Source of the DNA: Polyangiaceae bacterium | GTDB lineage: Bacteria; Myxococcota_A; Polyangia; Polyangiales; Polyangiaceae | Assembly: GCA_965222375.1 (NCBI GenBank) | Contig: CBDCTZ010000016.1 | Span: 320,001-384,000 of the forward strand | DNA: 64,000 bases | Reading direction: 5' to 3' | Shown: in pieces, positions 1 to 10,256 of the stretch | How the letters are laid out: each line of letters starts with the position of its first letter | Numbering within the stretch: position 1 is the first letter of the stretch | Made by a program: the position numbers and the translations under genes | The notes under the pieces: model-generated | What the model saw: the letters and a program-made list of their open reading frames with translations, nothing else | Database searches by the model: none | Told to the model about the DNA's origin: nothing

Positions 1-24
1 CGCTGCTTCCAACTGAGCTTCGCG

Positions 25-987
25 TTGGCTCTCGTGCTTGGGGCGGCGGACTGCAAGCCGCGCCCCGACGGTGACGGTGGCGGCGCCCAAGCCAGCGCGA
101 ATGCACCGGCGCGCAGCTCTTCAGCGCCCAGCGCGTCAGCAAGCGCGCCCAGCGCGACCTGCGACCCGCCCTGCAACGGCATCGAGAAGTGCGCTTCCGG
201 AAAGTGCGCGCCCGCCTGTCCGGAAAACGAAGTGTACATCCCCGCCACGGGTCCCAAGGGCTTCGCCATGGGTCGCGGCAAACCTGGCGAAGATGACCAG
301 ACCCACACGGTCATTTTGACCAAGCCGTTTTGCATGGATGCGACCGAGGTCACCGTGAAGGCGTACCGCGAGTGCGTAAAGGACGGCACCTGCACCGAAC
401 CGCAGCTGCGCGATCAGAACAGCAACTATCGCAAGAAGTACCAGCGCCACACCCATCCGCTGAATATGGTCAACTGGAAGCAGTCGACGGAGTACTGCGC
501 GTTCCGAGGCCAAGCACTGCCCACTGAAGCTCAATGGGAATGGGCCGCGGGTCACGGCGACGGGCGCAAGTACCCCTGGGGCAACGAGCCCGAGCCCACC
601 TGTGAAAACGGCTTGGCGGACTTCACCCCCGGCGGCTCACCCCAAACGGATCCGGCGGGTAACGTCGGTTGCCACGGTGGTGGCACGAGCAAAGTCACGG
701 CGCACCCCAAGGGCAAGAGCAGCTGGCCCGATGGTGATCTGTACGACATGGCCGGCAACGTCTGGGAATGGACCGCCGACTGCTACCTGCCGTATCCGAG
801 GGGCACGGTGACGGATCCAAACCCCAAGTCACACCCGAACCTGGACGGCGATTGCTACGTGCGCGCCCTGCGAGGTGGCGGATGGAATCGAAGCACCTAC
901 GCGCTGCGCGTCTTTCAGCGTGCGGGCTCCAAGCGCACCTACCGGGTCCCGGGCCTCGGTTTTCGCTGCGTTCGCAATCCAAAGTGA
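25..987 (+). CDS. SUMF1/formylglycine-generating enzyme family (FGE-sulfatase) lipoprotein; the true start may lie upstream of the window
   Basis: Motifs F.MG, TEVT, LPTEAQWEWAA, YPWG, LYDMAGNVWEW, RGGGW, GFRC. Confidence 0.9.
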   Translation: MALVLGAADCKPRPDGDGGGAQASANAPARSSSAPSASASAPSATCDPPCNGIEKCASGKCAPACPENEVYIPATGPKGFAMGRGKPGEDDQTHTVILTKPFCMDATEVTVKAYRECVKDGTCTEPQLRDQNSNYRKKYQRHTHPLNMVNWKQSTEYCAFRGQALPTEAQWEWAAGHGDGRKYPWGNEPEPTCENGLADFTPGGSPQTDPAGNVGCHGGGTSKVTAHPKGKSSWPDGDLYDMAGNVWEWTADCYLPYPRGTVTDPNPKSHPNLDGDCYVRALRGGGWNRSTYALRVFQRAGSKRTYRVPGLGFRCVRNPK

Positions 988-1014
988 CGCACCCCTCGCA
1001 ATCCAAAGTGACGC
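972..1014. repeat. 19-nt direct duplication of the gene 3' end (TCGCAATCCAAAGTGACGC x2)
   Basis: Copies at 972-990 and 996-1014. Confidence 0.85.
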
Positions 1015-1066
1015 TCCGCCGACACTAGTGACGCCTGGGCCGCTGACTCGATAGAGTCCCCGCGCG

Positions 1067-3547
1067 ATGTCCGCCCAGCCTGTACCCGAGCCACGCCGTC
1101 TGCGGCTCTTGGCCGCGCTGGCTCTGCTCATCGCCACGATCGTTGGACTGGTGCTCGCGTTGACGCTCGTCGTATTGCCGGACTCTGCGCCCGCAGACAC
1201 GGCGCCCGCGTCCCCCGCGTCCCCCGCGACCAAGCCCCTCACCAAGCGCCTGCTCTTCGTCGTGGTTGATGGCTTGCGCTTCGACGTCGCAACCGACGAC
1301 GAGCGCATGCCTAACTTTGCCCGTGCCATGCGAGAGCACGCCCATGCCGAAGTGTGGGCGGGGCAGGTCACCATGACCACCAGCGCCATCTTGAGCTACG
1401 GCACCGGGCGCCCAGGACGCTTCGAACAGATCTTGCGCAACCTCGACCCGGGACCACCGCCTCACAACAACTGGCTCGACAACGCCAACAAGAGCGGGCT
1501 GACGTTGATGTCCGTGGGTGACCGAGCCTGGATCCAGATGTACGGAGCGCACCTGACGGAGCATCGCGAGGATCCCAAGGGCGCGAGCATTGACGTCGAC
1601 TTCAACCACCTGACCTTCCGCGACACCCGCGACTTGCTGCGAAAAACGCCCGACTTCATGGTGGCGCATTTCGTCACGCCTGATCATCAGGGCCACGCCT
1701 ACGGCATCTTGAGTAGACGCTACGCGGATCATATACGCGGGTACGACGCCAAGCTGTTCGAACTGCTCGAAGAGCTGCCCGACGACATGACGGTGGTGGT
1801 GACCAGTGATCATGGCGCGGTGGACAGTGGAACTCACGGTTCCGATACACCCGTGCAGCGGCGCTGCCCGGCTTTCGCGTACGGGCCGGGCATCGTAAAG
1901 GGCGCTGCGCCGGAGAAACCCGCGCCCCAGACTGACCTCGCCTCCACCTTGGCCGTCCTGATGGGCGTCGCGACCCCGGCACATGGTCAGGGCGTGCCTA
2001 TCGTCGAGTGGCTCGACGTGTCCGCGGAGATGCGCGCCGAAATGACGTGCGCAGAGGCCCGCCGTACCTTCGAGCTCGCCAACAAACACACCGCCTCGAG
2101 CGACCTGGCCGCTGCGCGAAAGCTGCTCACCACCTGCAACAGCAAGGCACCGCCCACGGAACGCATCTTCGCCGGACGCGGTGTTAGCCGTCAGGTCGCG
2201 GACGCCATCGCGGTTTCCACTGGGATCGCGTCTCCCAAAGCGTGGCTCGTGGGAAGCATCGCGGTGCTGCTGCTCGCCCTGTGCGTACTTCTCGTGATCG
2301 GTCGCCCCGCCCTGGCGCCACTGCCTTTAGCGCTCGTGCTCGCAGCTCTGGGCACCTGGGCCGTGTTCGATGTCGAGCGCTTGCCCGGGTTGTGGCCCGG
2401 ACGCGTGCGCGGCGTGATGTTCATCGTGCTGATCGGTCCCGCGCTGGCGCTCGTGTTCATGCCCGGCAGGCTGGCCGAGTTGGCGAAAGATCGCCCGCTA
2501 TGGATCGCGGCGTATCTGCCCGGCCTGTTGGCGGTGGGTTACCCCTCCAATGTGCAACCCTTGGCTTGGGTGGCGGTCTTCGTGCTGGGCGCGCTCTTGG
2601 TGCGCTTGCCGCAGCTCGCGCCTTCCGGACCGGGTTTGCTGCGCGGCTCGGGCGCCTTGGTGTCAATCGTTCTGCTGCTCGCCTTCTTCTTGGTGCTGCT
2701 GCGTGTGGGGACCAAGGCGTCCGGCATGATGCCGTCTTGGTACGCCGGAAACGCCGTCTACGTGTGGTCCGGCGTCATCGCGGCCGTCGCCATCTGGATG
2801 ACCCTGCGCACCACTCGCCACTTGGGCGAGTCTCTCCCCTACAGGCAAGCGCTTGGCGGCGCGGTGTTGCTCCTCACATGCTTCGTCCTGCGCAGCTATT
2901 TGCCGGCATGGTTCGCACGAGGCACCATCGTCGCGCTGTTCGCCGCTGGCTTGTACAACCTGCGCGCCGGGCGCCGGAGCTGGGCGTTGACCTTGGGCAT
3001 GTGCAGCTACGCCCTACTGGCGCGCCTGTGGGAAGTGCCCTGGGTGCTGTCCACCGTGGCTGCTGCTGGCGTCGTCGGTGCAGCCCTCACCAAGCAGCCT
3101 TCCTTGGCACCAAGCGCCTTTCGGCACATCGTGCTGCTCACTTTTCTATTCTGTCTCACGCTCGTGCAGCGGCTCGCCATTCAGGGCACGCAAGACTTCG
3201 GCGGTATGGACCTTGGCGCTGGCGGCTTCGGCGATGTGAATGTCCCGGCCCCCTTGGTCGGGGTATTCCTTGGCTACAAATACGCGTTGCCGTCAGCGCT
3301 CCTCCTGCTCGCAGCGCTTTCGCCCCTGCCCCGCGCGACCACCAGGCTCACCTTGCGCTGGTTGTTCGCACTGTTTCTACTGCGCACATCTGCGCTGCTC
3401 GGAATGCTCTTCATCGCTGGCGGCAGCTACTGGACAGGCTTTCGCGTGCTGGGCGAGCTACCCTTCATGCTGCTCTTCGCCGTCGTTTGCCTCGCCTGCC
3501 TGGCGGGGCTGGCTTTTTTGCGAAGCACCGCGCTCACGACGCGGTAG
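1067..3547 (+). CDS. Alkaline-phosphatase-superfamily domain plus multi-TM C-terminus, resembling GPI ethanolamine-phosphate transferases (PIG-O/PIG-G-like)
   Basis: N-terminal TM; VVVDGLRFD, TMT, HFVTPDHQGH, VVTSDHG, HG, QTDLASTLA.L.G...P motifs; many hydrophobic segments. Confidence 0.75.
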   Translation: MSAQPVPEPRRLRLLAALALLIATIVGLVLALTLVVLPDSAPADTAPASPASPATKPLTKRLLFVVVDGLRFDVATDDERMPNFARAMREHAHAEVWAGQVTMTTSAILSYGTGRPGRFEQILRNLDPGPPPHNNWLDNANKSGLTLMSVGDRAWIQMYGAHLTEHREDPKGASIDVDFNHLTFRDTRDLLRKTPDFMVAHFVTPDHQGHAYGILSRRYADHIRGYDAKLFELLEELPDDMTVVVTSDHGAVDSGTHGSDTPVQRRCPAFAYGPGIVKGAAPEKPAPQTDLASTLAVLMGVATPAHGQGVPIVEWLDVSAEMRAEMTCAEARRTFELANKHTASSDLAAARKLLTTCNSKAPPTERIFAGRGVSRQVADAIAVSTGIASPKAWLVGSIAVLLLALCVLLVIGRPALAPLPLALVLAALGTWAVFDVERLPGLWPGRVRGVMFIVLIGPALALVFMPGRLAELAKDRPLWIAAYLPGLLAVGYPSNVQPLAWVAVFVLGALLVRLPQLAPSGPGLLRGSGALVSIVLLLAFFLVLLRVGTKASGMMPSWYAGNAVYVWSGVIAAVAIWMTLRTTRHLGESLPYRQALGGAVLLLTCFVLRSYLPAWFARGTIVALFAAGLYNLRAGRRSWALTLGMCSYALLARLWEVPWVLSTVAAAGVVGAALTKQPSLAPSAFRHIVLLTFLFCLTLVQRLAIQGTQDFGGMDLGAGGFGDVNVPAPLVGVFLGYKYALPSALLLLAALSPLPRATTRLTLRWLFALFLLRTSALLGMLFIAGGSYWTGFRVLGELPFMLLFAVVCLACLAGLAFLRSTALTTR

Positions 3548-3664
3548 ACCGCTAGTCTGAATCTGGCATGCGCTCAGCGAACGGTGATGGGCAGCGCGCC
3601 CATCAGCCCCGCCACTTTGACATCGAGGGGGTCCTAGCCACTCGTCGTCGCCGAACTCGCTCGA

Positions 3665-4228
3665 CTATTCCTGAGACGAAACGTCTTCGGTGTCTTCTTC
3701 GGCGTCATCCTCGAGTTGGTCCAAGATCTCTTCCGCCCGCTCCGGGCGGATCCCGAACCAATCCGCGACCTGATTGATCAGGGCGTTCTCTTCTTCGGCG
3801 ATGTTGTCGTCGGCCAGAGCCACCGCCGCGGCGAGAGCAAACGCACCCTCGGCCTCGCTGGGTTCGTCGCTGATCTCCTCGGCAATCTCATGCAGCCGCT
3901 GATCGCGCCCCTGCTCCTTCGCGCGCTTGGCGTAGTTTTCCACCATCACGTTGATGGTGCCGCTGCGCAGAATGTTGTCCGAAAGCCCGCGAATCGCCCC
4001 GCGCACCGCAACGCGCTCGACCTCGCTGATCTCGCCGTCGGCGCTCATCATCAAGTACATGGTCTCGCCCAAGGGGTCGACGCGATTGAGCGCCGCCATC
4101 TCCTCGGTGCTGAGCAGGCCCTCGCGGGTCAAGGTCTCGTAGGCCGGGGACAGCACCACACTCGGACGCCGCCCACTTTGCAGTAGGGCGTCACGCAAGC
4201 GAAAGATGGTCTTCGTCTTGAGCTGCAT
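3665..4228 (-). CDS. TerB-family protein
   Basis: Duplicated ADGEISEVE / ADDNIAEEE motifs. Confidence 0.8.
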   Translation of the reverse strand: MQLKTKTIFRLRDALLQSGRRPSVVLSPAYETLTREGLLSTEEMAALNRVDPLGETMYLMMSADGEISEVERVAVRGAIRGLSDNILRSGTINVMVENYAKRAKEQGRDQRLHEIAEEISDEPSEAEGAFALAAAVALADDNIAEEENALINQVADWFGIRPERAEEILDQLEDDAEEDTEDVSSQE

Positions 4229-4238
4229 ACAACGAAAG

Positions 4239-5420
4239 CTACACGGCTTTGGTCCGTGGATCTACGGGCGCATACACCAGCGTGCCCGCGCCCAGGCGCA
4301 CCTTGTGGCCGCGCCACAGCACGTGGCGCTTCAGGGGCGCTCGCAGCCAGACCCAGAGCATGCACAGCTCACGCAGCGGCGCGAGCAGCAGCGGAACCCA
4401 CGCGCGCGAAAAGCCGCGCAAGGCGACCCAGCCACCTACATCTCTCAGCATCCACAGCACGAACAGCCACGTGATAGCCGCGGGTCCCATCAGCATCCAG
4501 GCGAAGGGCAACATGGCCAGCGGGCTGGTCACGATTTCCGCGATCTGAGCCGCGGGACGCAGCCGCGCGCGCAGCATGCCCCAGCGCAGTTGGCGACGCA
4601 GGAAGGTCCGCACCGTGGTGCCCTGGGTCACGTTCTCCAGCACCGTCGGCGCGATACGCACGCGCAGCTTGGCGTGTTGGAACATCTTGCCCATCACGAA
4701 GTCCTCGGCCAGCACGTTCTTCACCCGCTCGAAACCGCCCAACTTCGTGAAGGCGCTGTGGGAAAACAGCATCGACTTGCCCACGACCAGGGCGTCCCCG
4801 AGCAGAGTCGGTAGCGAGGCGCCGGCGGCACAAAAGCCATTGAGCTGGGAGTTTTCCAAGGCTGAGCCCAGGCCGTCTTCCCCGGAACCCGCGAACAAGC
4901 TGGTGACCAAACCCGTGCGAGGCTTCTCGTAAAAGGTCGCGACCATTTCCGCGACGTAGCCGCTGGGCGCCCGCACGTTGCTGTCGCTGATCATGACCAG
5001 ATCGTGAGTCGCGAAGGGCAGCATGCCGAGCAAGTTGCTGACCTTTGGGTTTACGCAATCCGCGCCGGCGTGCACCACCAGAGTCGCTTTCACGTCCGGG
5101 TGGCGATCGATGGCGGCCCGCACGACTTCGATCGCCGGGTCGTCGTCGCGCTCCACCCCGAAGACGAGCTCGAAGTCGTCGTACTCCTGGGTGAAGAAGG
5201 TCTCGAGGTTCTCGGCTAGCGCCGGGTCCGCGCCGCACAAGGGCTTGAGCACACTCACGCCGGGCGGGCTTTCCGGCAATAGGCTCGGGCGCTTGCCCCC
5301 GGCTTCCGGGGCTGCCTTGAGCCGCGCGCGCCGCGAGTCCGCCGTGACCCGCAACACCGCAATGATGCCCAGGATGATCCAACTCGTGCATAGGCCAACT
5401 AGGACGAATGCAAATGCCAT
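4239..5420 (-). CDS. Ceramide glucosyltransferase / HpnI-like glycosyltransferase (GT21/GT2)
   Basis: VSVLKPLCG, NPKVSNL, ISDSNV, LAEDF, RQLRW, WRG motifs; start coupled to the GtrA stop. Confidence 0.85.
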   Translation of the reverse strand: MAFAFVLVGLCTSWIILGIIAVLRVTADSRRARLKAAPEAGGKRPSLLPESPPGVSVLKPLCGADPALAENLETFFTQEYDDFELVFGVERDDDPAIEVVRAAIDRHPDVKATLVVHAGADCVNPKVSNLLGMLPFATHDLVMISDSNVRAPSGYVAEMVATFYEKPRTGLVTSLFAGSGEDGLGSALENSQLNGFCAAGASLPTLLGDALVVGKSMLFSHSAFTKLGGFERVKNVLAEDFVMGKMFQHAKLRVRIAPTVLENVTQGTTVRTFLRRQLRWGMLRARLRPAAQIAEIVTSPLAMLPFAWMLMGPAAITWLFVLWMLRDVGGWVALRGFSRAWVPLLLAPLRELCMLWVWLRAPLKRHVLWRGHKVRLGAGTLVYAPVDPRTKAV

Positions 5421-5857
5421 CACGCTTCCTCCAGCTCGGGTTTGAAAATGCGCGACCACAGCGGCAAACAAACGCCGAAGTACACCAACGAGGTGGTGAC
5501 GAGTCGCACGGGCAGATAAGGCAAGCTCGTATTGGCGACGATCAGATCGAAGAGAAGAATGTTGGCTCCGAAGCCGATGGCTTCCACGCTCATGAACTGC
5601 ACCCCCTGACGCAGCCACGCTTTGGACTTGTCCCCGAAGGCGAACAACTTGTTGCCCACGAATTGGATCCCGATGCCGAAGCACAGCGCCGGAACGCTTG
5701 CGACCCGCACGTCGACGCCAAGCCCAGACACCAGCAGTGCCAACGCCGCGAGGTCGGCCCCCGTGGCCAGCAGCCCCACCGCGCTACTGCGAAGCACAAT
5801 CCAGAGACCCGCCAGGAAACTTGGATTCACCATCGCCTCCTCAAGAGCGAGCTCCAT
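5420..5857 (-). CDS. GtrA-family membrane protein (start uncertain)
   Basis: Four TM helices; G..AT.AD and F.GNK.FAF motifs. Confidence 0.75.
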   Translation of the reverse strand: MELALEEAMVNPSFLAGLWIVLRSSAVGLLATGADLAALALLVSGLGVDVRVASVPALCFGIGIQFVGNKLFAFGDKSKAWLRQGVQFMSVEAIGFGANILLFDLIVANTSLPYLPVRLVTTSLVYFGVCLPLWSRIFKPELEEA

Positions 5858-5952
5858 GCCAAGATCAAAGATCAATAAATCCAGGTATTTACGCTCCAGG
5901 CGCGAAGCGAAAACCGCGTAGCCCACCTCCCAATTGGTTAAACCAGTTCGCG

Positions 5953-6081
5953 GCTAGCTCCCACCCGGGTTGATTCAGCCCGCTCCCCCACCCGGGTTGC
6001 GTTCTCCGCAGCTAGCTCCCACCCGGGTTGGTTCAGCCCGCTCCCCCACCCCCCGCTCCCCCACCCGGGTTGCGTTCTCCG
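5953..6081. repeat. Imperfect tandem repeat built on CTCCC(C)ACCCGGGTTG (4 cores, ~58-nt higher-order unit)
   Basis: Direct inspection. Confidence 0.8.
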
Positions 6082-6120
6082 GGGGCCGCGAAGGTTTTAG
6101 AATCTAGGTTCCAAAACGTT

Positions 6121-6167
6121 TTGAATTTGGGGTCGGGTCGCTGGTGCACCTTAGGCCACTACTCTCG
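6121..6167 (-). repeat. GTAG/REP-like dispersed repeat, copy 1
   Basis: Reverse complement reads CGAGAGTAGTGGCC...CAGCGACCCGACCCCAAA; matches copies at 10804, 19010 and 30041. Confidence 0.7.
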
Positions 6168-6223
6168 AGCTAGGCCCCGCGTGACGTTTCGCAGAGCCGA
6201 CCGAACCCACACGTCGCGACTTT

Positions 6224-6510
6224 GGGCCGTAGTCGGACTCGTGCAGGTCGTTGAAGGGGCTTCTTCGTCCACATGTGCATGCGGCGCTGAGTCTTCTGGG
6301 CGTCTCGCTCCAGGTTGACGAGCTGCCTCAGGTGCCGCGCCCACACTTCTGGCGGAGTCTGCGGAATCATCCCGAAGAGGTTGTCGTCGATGGCTTCTTC
6401 TTCTGCCTGGTAGTTTTCCGCCCAGTCGGTTCCCTTTTTGACGATGTCGTCATCCTTGACGTCAGCCAGCGCGGTCACTAAGGCGTCCGGCAGCTCGAAG
6501 ATAGTAACCT
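6224..6510 (-). pseudogene. Diverged, frameshifted duplicate of the 3' half of gene 9435-10073
   Basis: DDDIVKKGTDWAENYQAEE..IDD.LFGMIPQT.PEVWARHLRQLV is shared; +1 frameshift after MWTK. Confidence 0.85.
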
Positions 6511-6888
6511 AACCCAGGATCGGACAATTGGGTCGGCACCACCGGATAGTCAATTGTTCGCGTGTTCTCCAATGTCGGTTGGTGTCCATCCGTGTCCCAC
6601 AGGAACCGTCGGTTTGTTTGAGGGGCAGTTTGCCGCGCGTGCAGCAAAACCGCGCAGCAAGAACTTCTTGCTCGACGCTCGGCTCGCGGACGCGATGCTG
6701 AGCCTGGCACTGCACGGGATGGCGTGGCGGGCGGCACTGGAGCTACGGGATGGGGTGGCGTCGTGAAATGCGCCGTGGACATCGCCGCCCCGCAGGCGAG
6801 AATGACCGTCACAAACAAGGAGTGCAAAGTCGCAATCTGAAGCTGTTCGTGCAACACACCGAACGCAACAAGAACAATTCCTTCGTCG

Positions 6889-7779
6889 ATGCAATACGTT
6901 CGAAATCCGCGCATATACAGCTCGAGTTCCCGGGTGCCATCTGGCAACACCGGTGAACCGCTTCTCCGAGAGGGGTTTGTGAAGGATGGCTTCGTCCTGT
7001 TTCCACAGCTTCTCGACCGAGACCTTGTGGTTCGGCTGCAGCACGTCGCCGACGAGTTGCTCTCGGCCATATCGGATGAGCATCGAGAGGAGTTTCGCTA
7101 TCAGGGGACCATGCTTCCTGTTCCTCACTGGAGAGATGCACTCGTTGACCTCATCGGAGGCAGTGCAATACGCCATGTGGCTGCCACGTTGAGATTTGCT
7201 GACCTACGTTGGGTTTCTGGGTACCTCATCAGCAAGCCACCCAAGAGCCCTTCGCTCTGGTGGCACCAGGACTGGTGGGCATGGGAAGAACCTGTGAGCG
7301 CGTCACCCGTCGCACCCTACGTATTCGTCGCGGTTTACCTTTGCGACACGACGTTCCGCAACGGTTGTCTGCGCGTCATCCCTGGTTCGCACCGCAAGAG
7401 ACACAAGCTGCACGCTCTCCCCCCCGCACACAGTTCCTCGATCAAAGACTGTGCTCGTGCGCACACCAGCGATCCATCGGAGCGGAGCGTCGCCGCGTAC
7501 GCCGGAGACATCGTTGTCGCCGACGCGCGACTACTTCATGCAACTCACGCCAACACCTCCGACAGCGCGCGCACCTGCCTGATCCTCTGGTATGCACCTG
7601 ACTACAATGCATTGCCGCGTGTTCTGCGCAACAAGATGGCTGTGCAACATTCGGCACATGCTGGACTGAACGGCGCACACGAACTCGACCTGCGCCTGAG
7701 CGAACTTCGCCCGTCTGACGTCGACCCCAGGCAAACGGTGCTCCCCTACGACCCCGTGCCCGGACGCTACCTCAGCTAG
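6889..7779 (+). CDS. Phytanoyl-CoA dioxygenase family (Fe/2OG) protein; start uncertain
   Basis: DGFV, WHQD, NGCLRVIPGSH, GD...D..LLH...N.S..R motifs. Confidence 0.88.
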   Translation: MQYVRNPRIYSSSSRVPSGNTGEPLLREGFVKDGFVLFPQLLDRDLVVRLQHVADELLSAISDEHREEFRYQGTMLPVPHWRDALVDLIGGSAIRHVAATLRFADLRWVSGYLISKPPKSPSLWWHQDWWAWEEPVSASPVAPYVFVAVYLCDTTFRNGCLRVIPGSHRKRHKLHALPPAHSSSIKDCARAHTSDPSERSVAAYAGDIVVADARLLHATHANTSDSARTCLILWYAPDYNALPRVLRNKMAVQHSAHAGLNGAHELDLRLSELRPSDVDPRQTVLPYDPVPGRYLS

Positions 7780-7989
7780 CGCCCGAGCGGCGGCCACGAC
7801 AGCGGAGGTCTGGGATGGCGCGGCCCGGCTCGCCAGCGAGCTGGACGTTGAGCTGAAGGCCAGGGTGGGCGTCGTGGACCGGGCATACCGTTGCGGTCAG
7901 CGCGCGCCTGTATCGGTGTGTTTCGGGACTACACGAATGCCGTGAGGGCGCGGGTTGGGGTCGCCGCCTATGGCGGCGCCGGGGCACTG

Positions 7990-8592
7990 CTACCGCGAGA
8001 GCCCACGCGTCGCGCCAACCTCAGGGCGGCGTTGTTGCTGCATGCACCCTGCCTTTTCGGAGACGCGAAGGCGCGCGCGCAAGTAGTGGTCAACAACGGG
8101 TTGCGGGTGCCGGTGCGCGCTGATGGTGTAGCAAGGGTCGACACGGGCGGCCTGTTCGAACTCCTGCTCGGCGCTAGCGCGCAGGTTCATGGCCAAAAGC
8201 GCCTCCGCGAGCCATATGTGAAGCTCCGCTCGTGGAATTCTCTTGGACCTTTCCGGTTGTCGCGGCGTTGCACCGTCGAGCAGTCTGCGAAAATAGCGGC
8301 GGGAAGCCACGTAGTTCCCACGGACGTGGTCGTTCATCGCCCGAGCGAAAGCGTCGCTATCCACACTGAGCAGCGGGGGTGGCTCAGGACAACCACATGC
8401 CGTCGTAGGTGTCGGTCGCGTCGTTTCCGCCGGCTGACCTGGGTTCGGCGCCGTCGGGGGGTCGACGGGGAGGGCTGAGGGTGTGGCCGCAGGTGGTCCC
8501 GCCGTACAGGCCATGAGCATCACCGCCACGAGCGCGCAGTCGAGCTGGCAGGCGTTGTGGTTTCGTCGTCGCACTCCCACGCATGGTCGCAC
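7990..8592 (-). CDS. Hypothetical lipoprotein with Pro-rich linker and TPR-like helices
   Basis: LMAC lipobox-like motif; helical repeat pattern. Confidence 0.35.
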   Translation of the reverse strand: MRPCVGVRRRNHNACQLDCALVAVMLMACTAGPPAATPSALPVDPPTAPNPGQPAETTRPTPTTACGCPEPPPLLSVDSDAFARAMNDHVRGNYVASRRYFRRLLDGATPRQPERSKRIPRAELHIWLAEALLAMNLRASAEQEFEQAARVDPCYTISAHRHPQPVVDHYLRARLRVSEKAGCMQQQRRPEVGATRGLSR

Positions 8593-8679
8593 GGTTCAGC
8601 CAGGTGTTGGAAACTGTGAGGGCAGCAAGCCCGCGCCAGATCGAAACTAGCGAAACCAGCCGGCAACTGTGCCCGCCAC

Positions 8680-9126
8680 GTTCTGGAACAAGACTTCATC
8701 GACGAGTCGGCTCCTGAGCGTTGGGCCGTCATCAACGCCGTCTGGCGCTACGAGTCCCTCGCACTCTTACTTTGGGCGCTTGGGCGCCTCTCTGAACCTA
8801 CCACTTCCCAAAGGCGTGTGTGACGTTTCAGCCCTCGCCCGGGACCCGCGCTCGTTCTGGAAGCGGAGCTCACAAGGCGTCCACGTCCGAAGGTGGCGCG
8901 TCGTTGTCGACGATAGGGGGCGATGACGGAACGACCCGCCGCCGAGATCCTCGACGCGCTGGACTTGCACTTCCGCCTGCACTGGGCGGCGCGCCAAGCA
9001 AGCGTGGAGCAGAAGTCGCCACCCACGGATCTCGAGCCGGGAGTCGTTGTCGAACGGCGCCACGCCTTGAACTGGCTGGTTTGCTTTCAAGACGCCGATT
9101 GGGACGGCGTGGACACTCCGACGTGA
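8680..9126 (+). pseudogene. DUF4272-like gene fragment, frameshifted
   Basis: WRYESLALLLWALG in one frame; EILDALDLHFRLHWA...VVVERRHALNWL...WD.V.TPT in another. Confidence 0.7.
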
Positions 9127-9434
9127 AGTATTCGAGTGCATACGTCGGATTCAGCTCGCCGAACTGCAACAGAAGTTCGAGGCGCTGGCGAGCGAGCTGT
9201 GCGCGTGCAGCGACGAGGGATGCAGGAAACGAGTGTTCAAGCCGGTGCGCGCCGCGGACGCTCAGCGCAGTTTCAAAGATCTCACATACCACGGTGGTTT
9301 TTGCCGCACCAAAGACAAGATGGAAGTGTTTCGGCCAGGTCACCTTCGAGTGAAGGGCGTACCGCGACGCAGATTGCGGACGGAAACGAGGCGACGACGC
9401 GGCGAGTGCTCGAAACGCAATTGGGTGCTCGACG

Positions 9435-10073
9435 TCAGTTCGGGCCGTAGTCGGGCTCTGGGAAGTCGTCGAAGGAACTCTTTGCCCACATGTACATGCG
9501 GCGCTGAGTCTCTCGGGCGTCGCGCGCCATGTCCACCAGTTGCCTCAGGTGGCGCGCCCACACTTCTGGCCGCGTCTGCGGAATCATCCCGAAGAGGTCG
9601 TCATCGATGGCCGCCTCTTCCGCCTGGTAGTTTTCCGCCCAGTCGGTTCCCTTTTTGACGATGTCGTCGTCTTTGACTTTAGCCAGCGCGGTCACGAAGG
9701 CGTCCGACAGTTCGAAGATGGTGACCTCGTCGTGTACGGGGCCGATGACTTCTCTGCCTAGCGTCTCGTCCCCGGCGACCTCCGGGGACCAGCCGACCAA
9801 AACTTCCGCCAAGTTGATCAAGCTCGTTGGATCGGCGCCCTCGAGGCGGATGCGTTGGAGTCGGTCCAAATCCGGTTCCACCACAGCGTCCGGATCTGCC
9901 GTGGGCTGCTCGGGGTTGGAGCGGGAAAAGATGGTGACCTTCTCCTTTGAGTACGGATCCGTGACCTCGATCGCCCTGGGCTCGTCGAGCAGCGGCGGAG
10001 CACGCTTCCATCCCATGAGCACATCGCCAAACTCCGCATCAGATGCCAAAAAGAAGTCCGTGAGAACACTCAT
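9435..10073 (-). CDS. Hypothetical acidic protein
   Basis: 212-aa ORF with GAGG RBS; partial paralogue at 6224-6510. Confidence 0.7.
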   Translation of the reverse strand: MSVLTDFFLASDAEFGDVLMGWKRAPPLLDEPRAIEVTDPYSKEKVTIFSRSNPEQPTADPDAVVEPDLDRLQRIRLEGADPTSLINLAEVLVGWSPEVAGDETLGREVIGPVHDEVTIFELSDAFVTALAKVKDDDIVKKGTDWAENYQAEEAAIDDDLFGMIPQTRPEVWARHLRQLVDMARDARETQRRMYMWAKSSFDDFPEPDYGPN

Positions 10074-10256
10074 GGGGCCTCAAAGTCCTCGTATCTCATG
10101 GTCGGAATCCCGCACTCCTTCGCGTCTTGCGCGCTGTTCGGCCACCGCCGCCTCCCGAGTAAGTGGTCCCCGCAAGCGGCCGGCGTCAAGACCGTTGCTA
10201 GGAACCAAGCTCCGCGCACCGGTTCGACGAGGCGTTTGAGCCGTTGGGGCCAGCGC

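Noticed and set aside
6750..6956. RiPP precursor peptide upstream of the Fe/2OG dioxygenase
   Set aside because: It overlaps alternative frames, has no clear leader/core, and there are no other maturation or transport genes
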